Positions 51,099 through 61,012 of a DNA stretch of 64,000 nt are shown piece by piece; position 1 is the stretch's first letter; the number at the start of each line of letters is the position of its first letter. Both the position numbers and the translations under genes were made by a program. The notes under the pieces were generated by a model, which made no database searches, was not told the origin of the DNA, and saw only the letters and a program-made list of their open reading frames with translations. Origin of the DNA: an uncultured delta proteobacterium (lineage in GTDB: Bacteria; Desulfobacterota; Desulfobacteria; Desulfobacterales; JAFDCJ01); contig CAVYNY010000020.1 of assembly GCA_963769935.1 (NCBI GenBank), forward strand, positions 384,001 to 448,000. Reading direction: 5' to 3'.

Positions 51099-52601
51099 AT
51101 GGACAAATACGACGTCGTCGTCATCGGGGCCGGCAATGGCGGGCTTACCGCGGCAGCCAAACTGGCGCAGGCAGGCCTGAATGTTTTGCTGCTGGAGCGG
51201 CACAATATTCCCGGCGGTGCTGCCACAAGTTTTTGCCGCGGGCGGTTTGAGTTCGAGGTGGCCCTGCACCAGCTGAGCGGTCTGGGTACACCGGAAAAGC
51301 CCGGTCTCCTGCGGCTGCAGCTGGATAAGCTCGGGGTGATGGATGATCTCGAATTTGTCGAGATTTCCGATCTCTACCATGTGGCCACGGCCGATGGGTT
51401 TCGCATCACGCTCAAAACGAATCGTGATGAAACCATTGCGGTGCTCAAGGACAAGTTCCCCCATCAAAAAGACGCCATCGGGCGTTATTTTGACTTGATG
51501 GCCCGTTATGCCAACGACATGATCGGCGCCTTCATCTTCAGAGATCCGGAGCCGTCGCGCCAGAAATATCCCAATCTCTACCAATTCGCTCTGCGAAATT
51601 CCAAAGAAATCCTGGATGAATATTTTTCCGATCCGCTGCTAAAAGCCGTGCTTTCAGTGTACTGGGGCTATATCGGTGTGCCGCCGACCCGTCTGGCGTT
51701 TGCTTATCTATGTATGGTTTTATTTCAGTATATGGAGTTTAAACCGTATCATGTAAAAGGCGGTTCCCAGGCATTGTCGAATGCCATTTTGAACAAATTC
51801 GTTTTAAACGGAGGAACCGTGCGCTTCAATTGCGGCGCCCAAAAGATCATCGTCCGGGACGGCCGGATAACAGGGGTGATTACCGATGATGATGACGAGA
51901 TTGCAGCCCAATATGTGGTTTCCAATGTATCGCCGGTCGCCGTCTATACCCATCTTATGGATCGCGAGCAGGTGCCGCAGGATGCGCTGGCCGAAATGAA
52001 AAGCCGCAATCTGAGCACTTCCGCTTTTACCATGTTTATCGGATTTGATTGTGAACCCGATCGGCTGGGCATTCAGGAATCCACCAATTTCCTGATGAGC
52101 TCCACGGATATTTCGGACGGTCTGCTGGACCGGATGAACCGGCTGGACATCACAGATGAGCTTTTAGTGCTCAGCTGCTACGATGTCACCGACCCTGAAT
52201 TTTCCCCTCCCGGAACCTGCCAGGCCAATGTCGTGACGTTAAAATACGGAGAGCCCTGGCTGCGGGTGCCGCCGCGGCAGTATCATGATGTGAAATTCCG
52301 CTGTGCGGACGCCATGCTGAAGCGGATTTACGAAATCTATCCGGAAGCCAAAAACCACATCGAGGAGATCGAAGTCGCAACCCCGCTGACCCACATGCGC
52401 TATCTCGGCCATCCCCTGGGCGCCATATACGGTTATGAAATGCTGACCAAGGATTCCCTTTTTTTCCAGCCGGGCTGCTACTCGCCGATTCAGGGTTTGT
52501 TTTTTGCGGGGGGATGGGCCGGCGACAATGGGTTTGAGCCGACCCTGCGATCGGGGATATCGGCAGCGAAGTCCATTATCAGGCGACGTGGGGCGGGATA
52601 A
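51099..52601 (+). CDS. Phytoene desaturase/retinol saturase-like FAD oxidoreductase
   Basis: IGAGNGGL, ERHNIPGG, KGGSQALS, ATPLT..Y..GAIYG and GLFFAG. Confidence 0.85.
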   Translation: MDKYDVVVIGAGNGGLTAAAKLAQAGLNVLLLERHNIPGGAATSFCRGRFEFEVALHQLSGLGTPEKPGLLRLQLDKLGVMDDLEFVEISDLYHVATADGFRITLKTNRDETIAVLKDKFPHQKDAIGRYFDLMARYANDMIGAFIFRDPEPSRQKYPNLYQFALRNSKEILDEYFSDPLLKAVLSVYWGYIGVPPTRLAFAYLCMVLFQYMEFKPYHVKGGSQALSNAILNKFVLNGGTVRFNCGAQKIIVRDGRITGVITDDDDEIAAQYVVSNVSPVAVYTHLMDREQVPQDALAEMKSRNLSTSAFTMFIGFDCEPDRLGIQESTNFLMSSTDISDGLLDRMNRLDITDELLVLSCYDVTDPEFSPPGTCQANVVTLKYGEPWLRVPPRQYHDVKFRCADAMLKRIYEIYPEAKNHIEEIEVATPLTHMRYLGHPLGAIYGYEMLTKDSLFFQPGCYSPIQGLFFAGGWAGDNGFEPTLRSGISAAKSIIRRRGAG

Positions 52602-52726
52602 GAAGGCTGCTAATATGTTTCCCATCGTAGAAGGTGTCAGGTGTCAGCGCCGCCTGTGGCCCCGTAGCGGCCGGTTTGATCGAAGAAGAAACTGTTTTTA
52701 GTGCCTGTGCCCAGTTTAAAGATGTT

Positions 52727-52798
52727 GTGGGAGCGGTTTTCAACCGTGATCAACTCGGTCGAGCCAGCATCAAAATCGTGGTTGAAAACCACTCCCAC
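52727..52798. repeat. REPIN-like pair of GTGG-type REPs nested in a family B element (about 52633-52900)
   Basis: GTGGGAGCGGTTTTCAACCGTGAT ... ATCGTGGTTGAAAACCACTCCCAC. Confidence 0.75.
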
Positions 52799-52973
52799 CA
52801 GCCATTAACTTTAGCCTAAAAATACCGTCGAATTTAATGATGTCTCATAGGAGGCATCTAAATTTAAAGCAGTTAAACCTGACACCTGAACACTGAAACC
52901 TGATGTAATAGCGGTTTATTGCGATAGCTAGCTCTGAACCCAGCTTTCCGGATAATCCGGCAAAGGAGGTAAC

Positions 52974-54132
52974 ATGCGAAAAGGCATCTGGCAGGAGTTC
53001 GACGGGTACCAGGATATTGTCGAGGAAATCAGGGCAAGCCGGAAGCTGGGCGGAACGGCCGCCGCGGCCGTGGTTGCCGCCGAGGAGTACATCCGGCTGC
53101 TGCATCCCGCGCGCCTGCAGCTGCGGGTCGGCGATATTATTGAGGAAACACCGACCGCCAAAACGCTGCGTCTGATTTCCAAGGACAACTACCTGCCGCC
53201 TTTTCTGGCCGGCCAGTACATTGCCCTTTTTCTTGAAGTCGGCGGCATTCGCACCAGCCGTCCTTACAGCATATCGTCGCCGCCCAATCAGGTCGGATTT
53301 TATGATATTACGATTCGCCGGGTTGAGAACGGACTGGTTTCCAGCTATCTGCTCGACGGAATAAAGCGCGGTGATTCGCTGGTCGGTTCTGGGCCGGCCG
53401 GCAGCTTCTATTTCAATTCCCTCATTCACAAAACGACAATGGTATGCCTTGCCGGCGGCAGCGGAATTACGCCTTTCATGAGTATGATCCGGGAGATCGT
53501 CGAGTGCGGATTGGACCGTAGCGTGTATCTTTTCTACGGCAACAAGACGGCCGATGATATTATTTTCGCCGGCGAACTCAGCCGCATTGCAGAAAGATTC
53601 CAAAATATTCATTACATACCGGTCATCGAGGAGGCGGCCGAAGGCTATGCCGGCGCCTGCGGATTCATCACCCGCGATCTGCTGCGCGAAGCACTGGTTA
53701 ACATTGAAGACAAATCCTTCTTTATCTGCGGACCTCAAGGCCTCTACGATTTTTGTCTGCCCCAGGTGGAAGATCTCGGGGTGCCGAGACGCAAAATAAA
53801 ACAGGAGATGTACGGTGCACCGTCCAGCATCTGGGAGTATCCCGGCTGGCCGGCGGAGATCGGAAAAGAGGATGCCTTTTCGGTAAACGTCAGAAATGGA
53901 AAGCAGCTGAAGGCCAAAGCCGGCGAAACCCTGCTGACGGCCTTGGAGAAAAATGAGGTCCGGGTCCCCTCATTGTGCCGGTCCGGCGAATGCAGCATGT
54001 GCCGGGTGAAGATCCTGTCCGGTAAAGTGTATCAGCCCCCGGGGGTTCCCGTTCGAAAGTCCGACCGGCAGTTCGGCTATGTGCATGCGTGCATGTCTTA
54101 TCCGATCAGCCGATCTTGAAATTTTGATTTAG
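52974..54132 (+). CDS. FNR-type FAD/NAD(P) reductase with C-terminal 2Fe-2S (probable +1 frameshift in the last codons)
   Basis: RPYSISS, AGGSGITP, CGP, CRSGECSMC..HAC; removing one C near 54111 gives the typical ending PISDLEILI* at 54132. Confidence 0.88.
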
Positions 54133-54370
54133 GAAAAAGGTGAAATTAAAAAGGACAAAGGATAAAGGAAAAAGGTGAAAGGTGTAAGGTGCAAGGTGGA
54201 GTTTAGACGGCTGAAAACTATAGATAGAGGCGAAAGGCGAACGGCGCAAGATTCAACCTTGGAGTGAAAGGTGTTTAATCCAATGTCCCGGTCTGTGAAT
54301 TCTTCATGCTCGGTTTGAAATTCAATTACCGTCATACACCTTTAACCTTTTGCCTTTATCCTTATTCCTA
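54133..54370. repeat. AAAGG/CCTTT heptad inverted repeat related to family A
   Basis: AAAGGACAAAGGATAAAGGAAAAAGG ... CCTTTAACCTTTTGCCTTTATCC. Confidence 0.65.
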
Positions 54371-54378
54371 TATACGAG

Positions 54379-55194
54379 GTGTTTATGACTGATGAATTTC
54401 TGGTAGGCGAAAAAAAAGACAATGTTTACACCATCACCCTCAATCGTCCTGAAAAACGCAATGCCGTTAATGTCGCAATGCTGACCGGTATCTGTGAGCT
54501 GGCGGAAAAGCAGGCTGCAGATTCCGACATCCGGACCATCATTGTCAAAGGGGAGGGAAAAATCTTTTCGGCCGGGGTCGATTTTAACTCCCTTGGAGCG
54601 GAAGTGGGCGTATTTTTAGGCGATAAAGGGTCGGGCGGAGCCGGGCTGCGGGCGCTGATCTACAGGTTCCAACAGTATTTCAACCGCCTGGAAGCGGTGG
54701 AAATTCCCATTATCTGCGCCATGCACGGCCGGGCCATGGGGCTTGGCGTCGAACTGGCCTTGGCCTGTGATATTCGTTTGATGAGTGCTGACTGCCTCTG
54801 GGGCATGCCGGAATTGAAACTGGGTGTTATCGCCGACCTGGGCGGAACCTCACGACTCTCCAGACTTCTGGGGCCATCCCGTGCCATGGAAGTATTTATG
54901 ACCGCCGGGGAATACACATCTCAACAGGCTTTGGATTGGGGCCTGGTCAATTACCTGCACCCCCCAAATGATTTAATCGCCCAATCGGAAAAGATGGCGC
55001 AAAATATTGCTGCAACGGCGCCGCTGGCGGCCGGCGCGGTCAAAAGAATCATCAAACACGGGCAGGGCGTCGATCTGATGACCCAGCTCGATATGGAAGC
55101 CAGCCACAACAGTGTCCTGTTGCAGACCGCAGACTTCCAGGAAGGCCTTGCAGCCATGCTGGAAAAACGGGCCGCAAAGTGGAAAAAACGATAG
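54379..55194 (+). CDS. Enoyl-CoA hydratase/isomerase
   Basis: LNRPEKRNA, FSAGVD, GLGVELALACD and MPE. Confidence 0.92.
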   Translation: MFMTDEFLVGEKKDNVYTITLNRPEKRNAVNVAMLTGICELAEKQAADSDIRTIIVKGEGKIFSAGVDFNSLGAEVGVFLGDKGSGGAGLRALIYRFQQYFNRLEAVEIPIICAMHGRAMGLGVELALACDIRLMSADCLWGMPELKLGVIADLGGTSRLSRLLGPSRAMEVFMTAGEYTSQQALDWGLVNYLHPPNDLIAQSEKMAQNIAATAPLAAGAVKRIIKHGQGVDLMTQLDMEASHNSVLLQTADFQEGLAAMLEKRAAKWKKR

Positions 55195-55336
55195 GGCTGT
55201 CTCGCGTAAGTGCTGCGCGCATATGGCCCGATCCCTGGTAAGCGCCATGCCTCGCCCCAATCTTCCGATGTCTGAAAGTCAACCCTCGCGCTGCAGCCTG
55301 AAATCAAAGCATTCCCTGCGGGGTCGGAGCCATTGC

Positions 55337-56536
55337 TTACCTGGCGGCCGGAGGTTTGACGGCAGGTTCTCGGACCAGGCAAAAAATTTCGTGCAAATAT
55401 ATTCCCCACACACAATATGCGACGAATAATGGATAGTAGGCCCGGATGATGTCATAGATCGAAGCGGCAATGGGCAGCATCAGCCGATCGGACAGGATGA
55501 AAAGAGCAAAAAGAAAGGGAGCGATTTTTGTGCAGCGTATGTTTTTTATTATGTAGTAGCTCGGCACCAGGAGCAGGATATACCCGTAATCTTTAAATCT
55601 GGGATGGATCAGGGCATACACCAGGCCTACCATAAAGACTTCCATCATCGCTCTGTTTTCAATGGCCGGGCGCTTTAACCGAAGGCAGGCTTGGTAGGAA
55701 AAAAAGACCACGGCGGCTGCCAAAATAATGTACATCCCGGCTTCAAAGAAATGCGGAATCCTCATTCCCGAAATTTTGGCCAATGATTCCGCCAGGGCCG
55801 CGATCAGCTTGTTGGTTGAAGGCACCACCCCGCCTTTTTCGCCCAGCACCACCAGGGCGTTTTTTATAAATCCGGTAAACAGCTCCGGCACCAACAAATA
55901 TTGAATAAGCAGGTAGGCGAGAAAGACAGCCCCGGCGCTGAAGAAATATTTAAACCTTCTTTTATCGTCAGAAAGCAGCAGCAAAACCAAGAAGAAAATG
56001 GGTGTCAGCTTAAAACCGGCGGCAATCAGGGTGAAGAGGCAAAAAAGCTTTAATTTGCCCTTAATGTAAAAACTGAAACCAAGCCACAGCAGCGCCTGCT
56101 GCACCAGGTTGATATTGCCGGCGATCATATCCAGGAAAATGGCACTGTTAAAGGCCAGCAGGCAAAAAACATAAAACAGTGGGCCGCCGTCTTTTTTGAG
56201 AAACTCTCTTTGCCAGAAATAAATGAGGCCGATCAGTAAAAGAAATTTTGAAATAAGAAAAATCTGGAAAGCGGTTTTGTATGCGGGAATCGCAAACAGG
56301 CGATAAAAAAACAGGGTGACCGGAGGATAGGTATATAAAAATCTTGTCCGGGCTTTGGGAAACAGATTGTCGGCGTCATAGGGGTTTGAGCCGGATGCCA
56401 GAATTTTGCCCGCTTCACGGTGGGTACGAAAATCCCACAGGTATTGGTCCTGGTGGGCCGAGATATGCAATAGCAGGGTCAGACCATATGCGAGCAGCAG
56501 GGCAATAACCACTATCCCGGCGATCTTTTTGGCCAT
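55337..56536 (-). CDS. GT87/DUF2029-like membrane glycosyltransferase
   Basis: DF..H..G.NPY, YTYPP, GNIN, FKLTP; many TM segments. Confidence 0.7.
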   Translation of the reverse strand: MAKKIAGIVVIALLLAYGLTLLLHISAHQDQYLWDFRTHREAGKILASGSNPYDADNLFPKARTRFLYTYPPVTLFFYRLFAIPAYKTAFQIFLISKFLLLIGLIYFWQREFLKKDGGPLFYVFCLLAFNSAIFLDMIAGNINLVQQALLWLGFSFYIKGKLKLFCLFTLIAAGFKLTPIFFLVLLLLSDDKRRFKYFFSAGAVFLAYLLIQYLLVPELFTGFIKNALVVLGEKGGVVPSTNKLIAALAESLAKISGMRIPHFFEAGMYIILAAAVVFFSYQACLRLKRPAIENRAMMEVFMVGLVYALIHPRFKDYGYILLLVPSYYIIKNIRCTKIAPFLFALFILSDRLMLPIAASIYDIIRAYYPLFVAYCVWGIYLHEIFCLVREPAVKPPAAR

Positions 56537-57012
56537 TTGCTTTTTCCCCTTAAAACTTGCTTGAACCAATGGATTTGAAAATTTTGAAGGTGCTGCCTAT
56601 TGTCAGGGATGTCTTATCTTTAATATTCGAATTTCGTTATCAGCGTCAAGCGCTAAGTCCGCCGATTCAATGGTTTCATTTTGTACATGAAAGCACGATT
56701 TTTTTGACACTCCAACTAAATTGCCGGGTGGCTTGTCGAGAGGCGGGCAAAGGGACTGCGCATGCTTTTCTAAAGGATTGGAACGATGGTATAATAGTGG
56801 TTGAGCGATTTTGAACGGGATGGTATTGTATCACAAAACCGGTGTTCGAACTGCCGGCTGCCGGGACAAAGTTCTGGCCTGATAATTACCAAAACCGCAA
56901 CCGTTCGCGGGTTCAGAGGTTCCGGCGTTGAATTTGCGGGAATTAGTTTTAAGATTGCCTTTAATGGTGAATCCCGAACCGATGAAACCATACTAAAAGG
57001 AGTGATTTGAGA

Positions 57013-57792
57013 ATGAACTATGAAAAAGTGGTTGTCGAAATTGATGAAAAATATGTGGCCGAGGTCACGCTGAACCGTCCGGAGAATTTAAACACATTCG
57101 ACAGCATAATGGCCGCGGAACTTTATGATGCGCTGTTCGCGCTGGATGCCGAAAAAAGCGTCCGGGTCATCCTTTTGAAAGGCGCCGGCAAGGCCTTTTG
57201 TGCCGGTATCGACGTCAATGAGCTGGCCGGTAAATCGACCATGGAATATCGCGACTGGATCGAACGGATGGAACGCCCCCTGGTGGCGATATCCCAAATG
57301 AAAAAGCCGGTGATTGCTCAGCTGCAGGGTGTTGCGGCCGCCAACGGCATGGGGCTGGTAGCTGCTGCGGACCTGGCGATTGCCGCGCAGAATGCCCGGA
57401 TGGGACTGACGGCCATTAACGTGGGGCTCAATTGCGTCGGACCCGTCATTCCGGTCGCCCGCTGCGTCGGACGCAAGAAGGCCCTGGAATTGTTGTTGTA
57501 CGGGAATTTGATTCCGGCTTCGGAGGCCCTGGCACTGGGCCTGATCAACAAAATTGTACCCAAGGAAGAACTCGAAAGCGAGGCGCGCCGCTGGGCGCAG
57601 GAGCTGGCCCAAAAAAGCCCCCTGGCGCTTCAAATTGCCAAGCGTTCGTTCTACCATGCCGAAGACATGGACTATGAGAAGCAGTTTGCCTACATGAACG
57701 AGGCGTTTGCGCGCTTGTGCTCCACCGCCGATGCCAAGGAGGGCGTTCAGGCGTTTTTCGAAAAACGCAGACCGCAATGGCAGGAAAAGTAG
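57013..57792 (+). CDS. Crotonase-family protein (ECHDC3-like, lacking the usual catalytic glutamates)
   Basis: LNRPENLN, FCAGID, AAANGMGL, TAINVG and EGVQAFFEKR. Confidence 0.88.
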   Translation: MNYEKVVVEIDEKYVAEVTLNRPENLNTFDSIMAAELYDALFALDAEKSVRVILLKGAGKAFCAGIDVNELAGKSTMEYRDWIERMERPLVAISQMKKPVIAQLQGVAAANGMGLVAAADLAIAAQNARMGLTAINVGLNCVGPVIPVARCVGRKKALELLLYGNLIPASEALALGLINKIVPKEELESEARRWAQELAQKSPLALQIAKRSFYHAEDMDYEKQFAYMNEAFARLCSTADAKEGVQAFFEKRRPQWQEK

Positions 57793-57803
57793 GAGGTGTC
57801 AAC

Positions 57804-59111
57804 ATGTCCCAAAATTATGATGCCATTGTTATCGGTGCCGGAATCATTGGATGTTGTGTGGCTTTTGAGCTTGCGAAGAAGGGATATAAAACCCTCAACG
57901 TCGACAAATTGCCGGAAGCGGGTTCCGGTTCGACCTCCAATTCCTGTGCGGTTATTCGGCTGCACTATTCAACTCCGGACGGCGTGGCCATGGCCCGGGA
58001 GAGCTATTTTTATTGGCTTAACTGGGAAGCGCATCTCGGCGTCAAGGACCCCAGGGGTATGATCCGTTATATCAACCACGGCTGTCTGGTCACCAAAACC
58101 GAAAAAAACAAACATCTGAAGAATGTCATGGCCAGTCTGGATGAATTGGCGGTTGGGTATGAGGAGCTGGACGCGGCCGGCATCAGGCAGCGGTTTGCGT
58201 TTCTCGATACCCGCCAGTACGGCCCGCCCAAATTGCCTGACGACCCCGGTTTCGGCCAACCAACCGGCGATGCCATCGGGGGGGCCGTCTACATTCCTGA
58301 ATCGGGATATATCAGCGACCCGATGCTTTCCACCCATAACGTGCAGGTCGCGGTTGAAGCCAGGGGCGGTGAATTCATTTTTAATGCCGAGGTGACGGAT
58401 ATTCTCAAAGAAAATCATCGGGCAGCCGGAATCAGATTAAAGGACGGCTCCCGGATCAAGGCCCCGATTGTAATTAACGTGGCCGGACCGCATTCATTCA
58501 TCATTAATCGGCTGGCAGGCGTTGAGGAAGGCATGAATATCAGGACCCGGGCCCTGCGCCAGGAGGTTGCCCATGTTCCGCCGCCCTCGGGATTGGATTA
58601 TGAGGCCGCGGCACCGCTGATATCCGATGGCGACACCGGATGCTATTCGCGGCCGGAGGCGGGCAACCACGTTCTTATCGGTTCGGAAGACCCGGATTGC
58701 GATACGCTGGATTGGGTTGACGACCCGGATAACTTTAATCGCAACTTTACCGATCAGTGGCGGACCCAGGTCATGCGGGAGGCTCAGCGAATTACGAATC
58801 TGCCGATACCCAACCGGATGCAGGGCGTTGTCGATCTTTATGACTGCACGGATGACTGGCTCCCGATTTACGACCGGTCGGACCTGCCGGGTTTTTACAT
58901 GGCTGTCGGGACATCCGGCAATCAGTACAAAAACGCGCCGGTGGCGGGCGCCCTGATGGCCTACCTCATCGAGCAGGTCGAGGCCGGGCACGATCATGAC
59001 AAGGATCCGCTTCAGTACGCCCTGAAGTATGTCAAAAGAAATCTTAACCTCGGCTCGTTTTCTCGCCTGCGTGAAATCAATGCCGACTCCAGTTTTTCCG
59101 TGATCGGATGA
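57804..59111 (+). CDS. FAD-dependent amine oxidoreductase (sarcosine oxidase beta-like)
   Basis: IGAGIIG, GSTSNS, YDCTDDWLPIYD and GTSGNQYKNAP. Confidence 0.88.
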   Translation: MSQNYDAIVIGAGIIGCCVAFELAKKGYKTLNVDKLPEAGSGSTSNSCAVIRLHYSTPDGVAMARESYFYWLNWEAHLGVKDPRGMIRYINHGCLVTKTEKNKHLKNVMASLDELAVGYEELDAAGIRQRFAFLDTRQYGPPKLPDDPGFGQPTGDAIGGAVYIPESGYISDPMLSTHNVQVAVEARGGEFIFNAEVTDILKENHRAAGIRLKDGSRIKAPIVINVAGPHSFIINRLAGVEEGMNIRTRALRQEVAHVPPPSGLDYEAAAPLISDGDTGCYSRPEAGNHVLIGSEDPDCDTLDWVDDPDNFNRNFTDQWRTQVMREAQRITNLPIPNRMQGVVDLYDCTDDWLPIYDRSDLPGFYMAVGTSGNQYKNAPVAGALMAYLIEQVEAGHDHDKDPLQYALKYVKRNLNLGSFSRLREINADSSFSVIG

Positions 59112-59119
59112 ACATAAGG

Positions 59120-59405
59120 GTTTCGGGTGTCAGGTTTCAGGTGTCAGCGCCGCCGCCGGCCAAAACAACGGCCGGTCTGATCGAAAAAGAAACATAATAG
59201 TTCACCGCAGAGCCCGCCGCCTCTGGCCCATAGGGCCTACGCCCCGGTGGGAGAACGCCGAGAAAGAAAAGTTAAATTAATCTCTGCGCTCTCAGCGGTG
59301 AGACACTTCGAAAAAATGGCATCGAATTTAAGGAAGTTTCATACGAGGCTTCAAGTGTCAGCCCGGCCGCCATGCGCTAAGCGGATAGTTTAATCGAAGA
59401 CAAAA
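59120..59405. repeat. Family B element with a nested CTAC-type insertion
   Basis: Arm from 59137 matches the 19.7-20.0 kb element; extra CCTCTGGCCCATAGGGCCTACGCCCCGGTGGG at about 59220-59251. Confidence 0.85.
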
Positions 59406-59661
59406 CTATATTAAGTACCTGACCACAGGTGACGCCTTCTGAATTTCCATGTCCATTGGCGAAAACAAGTTTGGAGTTTGGAATTTCGGGCATTGTAATT
59501 GTAATTTGTTTGAATTTTGGAATTTGTTATTTGAGATTTTTCAAGTTCCGGCACCTCAAGCTGATTTTATTACCTTGAAACATGTTGCCGGGTAAAGTTT
59601 TTTTAGAACTTACAAAGTCCTGTGCGGCCGGATTTTCCAGCTACCGGCCGGCAACCCATAT

Positions 59662-60996
59662 TCAAGCCAGAAAAGTTACGCCGCCGGAATCCTCCCGGGC
59701 GGCCCATGCCGAGCCGGTCGGATAGATATGCTTTGCCTCGAAATCCGGCTGCATCTCAAGACCCCAACCGGGAGTTGTCGGCGTTACGTACGCGCCTTGT
59801 TCGAGCCTTACCGGTTCGATAAAAACTTCATCCTGCAGAAAGTGGACATGTTCCACGACCTGATCATCCGAATGGGCGGCAACGCAGATCTGATCCCACA
59901 GGGCATAGTGCCGGATCATGGTGCAGAGGCCGATGCCGCCGCCATGAGGACAAACCGGGATTTTGTACTTGGCCGCCATGAGGATCACCGCCAGAACATC
60001 ATTGACGCCGGCCAGCCGGGTTGCATCGATCTGGCAATAACGGATGGCACCGCTGGCCAGCAGTTGCTTGAATATCACCGGAGATGGCACCTGCTCCCCG
60101 GCGGCGACCCCGATGCCGTATTTTTCCATTGCCTTGGCGATTTTCAGATAGCCCAGAATGTCGTCCCGGGCCGTAGGTTCTTCGATCCAGGTGGGATGAA
60201 ATCCGGCCAGTTGCTGCATATACCCGATGGCCTCGTCCACTCCCCAGACCTGATTGGCATCCAGCATCAGACCGGCGTCCTCTCCGATGGCCCGGCGAAT
60301 GAATGCCAGCCGGCTCAGGTCGTGCTGCAGATCATCACCGACTTTCATCTTAAAGCAGTTCAAGCCGACGGCTCTCATTTGTTCGATCGTGTCGAGGATC
60401 TGGGCGTCGGTTAAGCCCAGCCAGCCGGCGGTTGAATATGCTTTTGGCCCGCGCTGCAGCAAGCGGGATTCGCGTTCCCGGCGGCCGTCCCAATTGGCTT
60501 TCAACATATCGATCGCTTCGGCGGGAGTGAGCGCATCGCGCAAGTAGCGCCAGTCGATGCACTGGACGATTTTTTCCGGCGGAAGATCGACCAGGAGTTT
60601 CCACAACGGTTTGTCTGCCTGTTTGGCCCAGAGATCCCACATGGCATTGATGATGCTGCCTGCAGCCATGCGGAATACGCCGTCAGCCAACCACCGCAGC
60701 TGATGATGATCCACCAGCAATCGGTGAAAAGCACCCGGATCAGCGCTGAATTCCTCCAGGCCGGCTCCAACAACGAGCCGGGCCAGATCCTTCACCCCGT
60801 GGGCGATCCAGTCATTGCCGGCGCCCAGGGTGAAGGCCAACGAATATCCCGTGAATTCGGAGTTGGTTTTCAATTTAACAACTGCGGCTGAATAATTCGG
60901 CTTTTTGTGAAATGGGTCCGAGCCCAGCAAGGTGTCCGAAGTCGGGACTCTGAGATCGATGACACTGACATTTTCAATGATTGTTTTTTGCTGCAT
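59662..60996 (-). CDS. L-fuconate dehydratase-like enolase superfamily protein
   Basis: DLRVPTS..GSD, QLRWL, NAMWDLWAK, KMKVG, DANQ, WIEEP, AGE and CPHGGG. Confidence 0.85.
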   Translation of the reverse strand: MQQKTIIENVSVIDLRVPTSDTLLGSDPFHKKPNYSAAVVKLKTNSEFTGYSLAFTLGAGNDWIAHGVKDLARLVVGAGLEEFSADPGAFHRLLVDHHQLRWLADGVFRMAAGSIINAMWDLWAKQADKPLWKLLVDLPPEKIVQCIDWRYLRDALTPAEAIDMLKANWDGRRERESRLLQRGPKAYSTAGWLGLTDAQILDTIEQMRAVGLNCFKMKVGDDLQHDLSRLAFIRRAIGEDAGLMLDANQVWGVDEAIGYMQQLAGFHPTWIEEPTARDDILGYLKIAKAMEKYGIGVAAGEQVPSPVIFKQLLASGAIRYCQIDATRLAGVNDVLAVILMAAKYKIPVCPHGGGIGLCTMIRHYALWDQICVAAHSDDQVVEHVHFLQDEVFIEPVRLEQGAYVTPTTPGWGLEMQPDFEAKHIYPTGSAWAAREDSGGVTFLA

Positions 60997-61012
60997 GATC
61001 CAACTTAAGGGT

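Noticed and set aside
51099..52601. Carotenoid biosynthesis (crtI)
   Set aside because: No crtB or crtE nearby, and the context is acyl-CoA catabolism.
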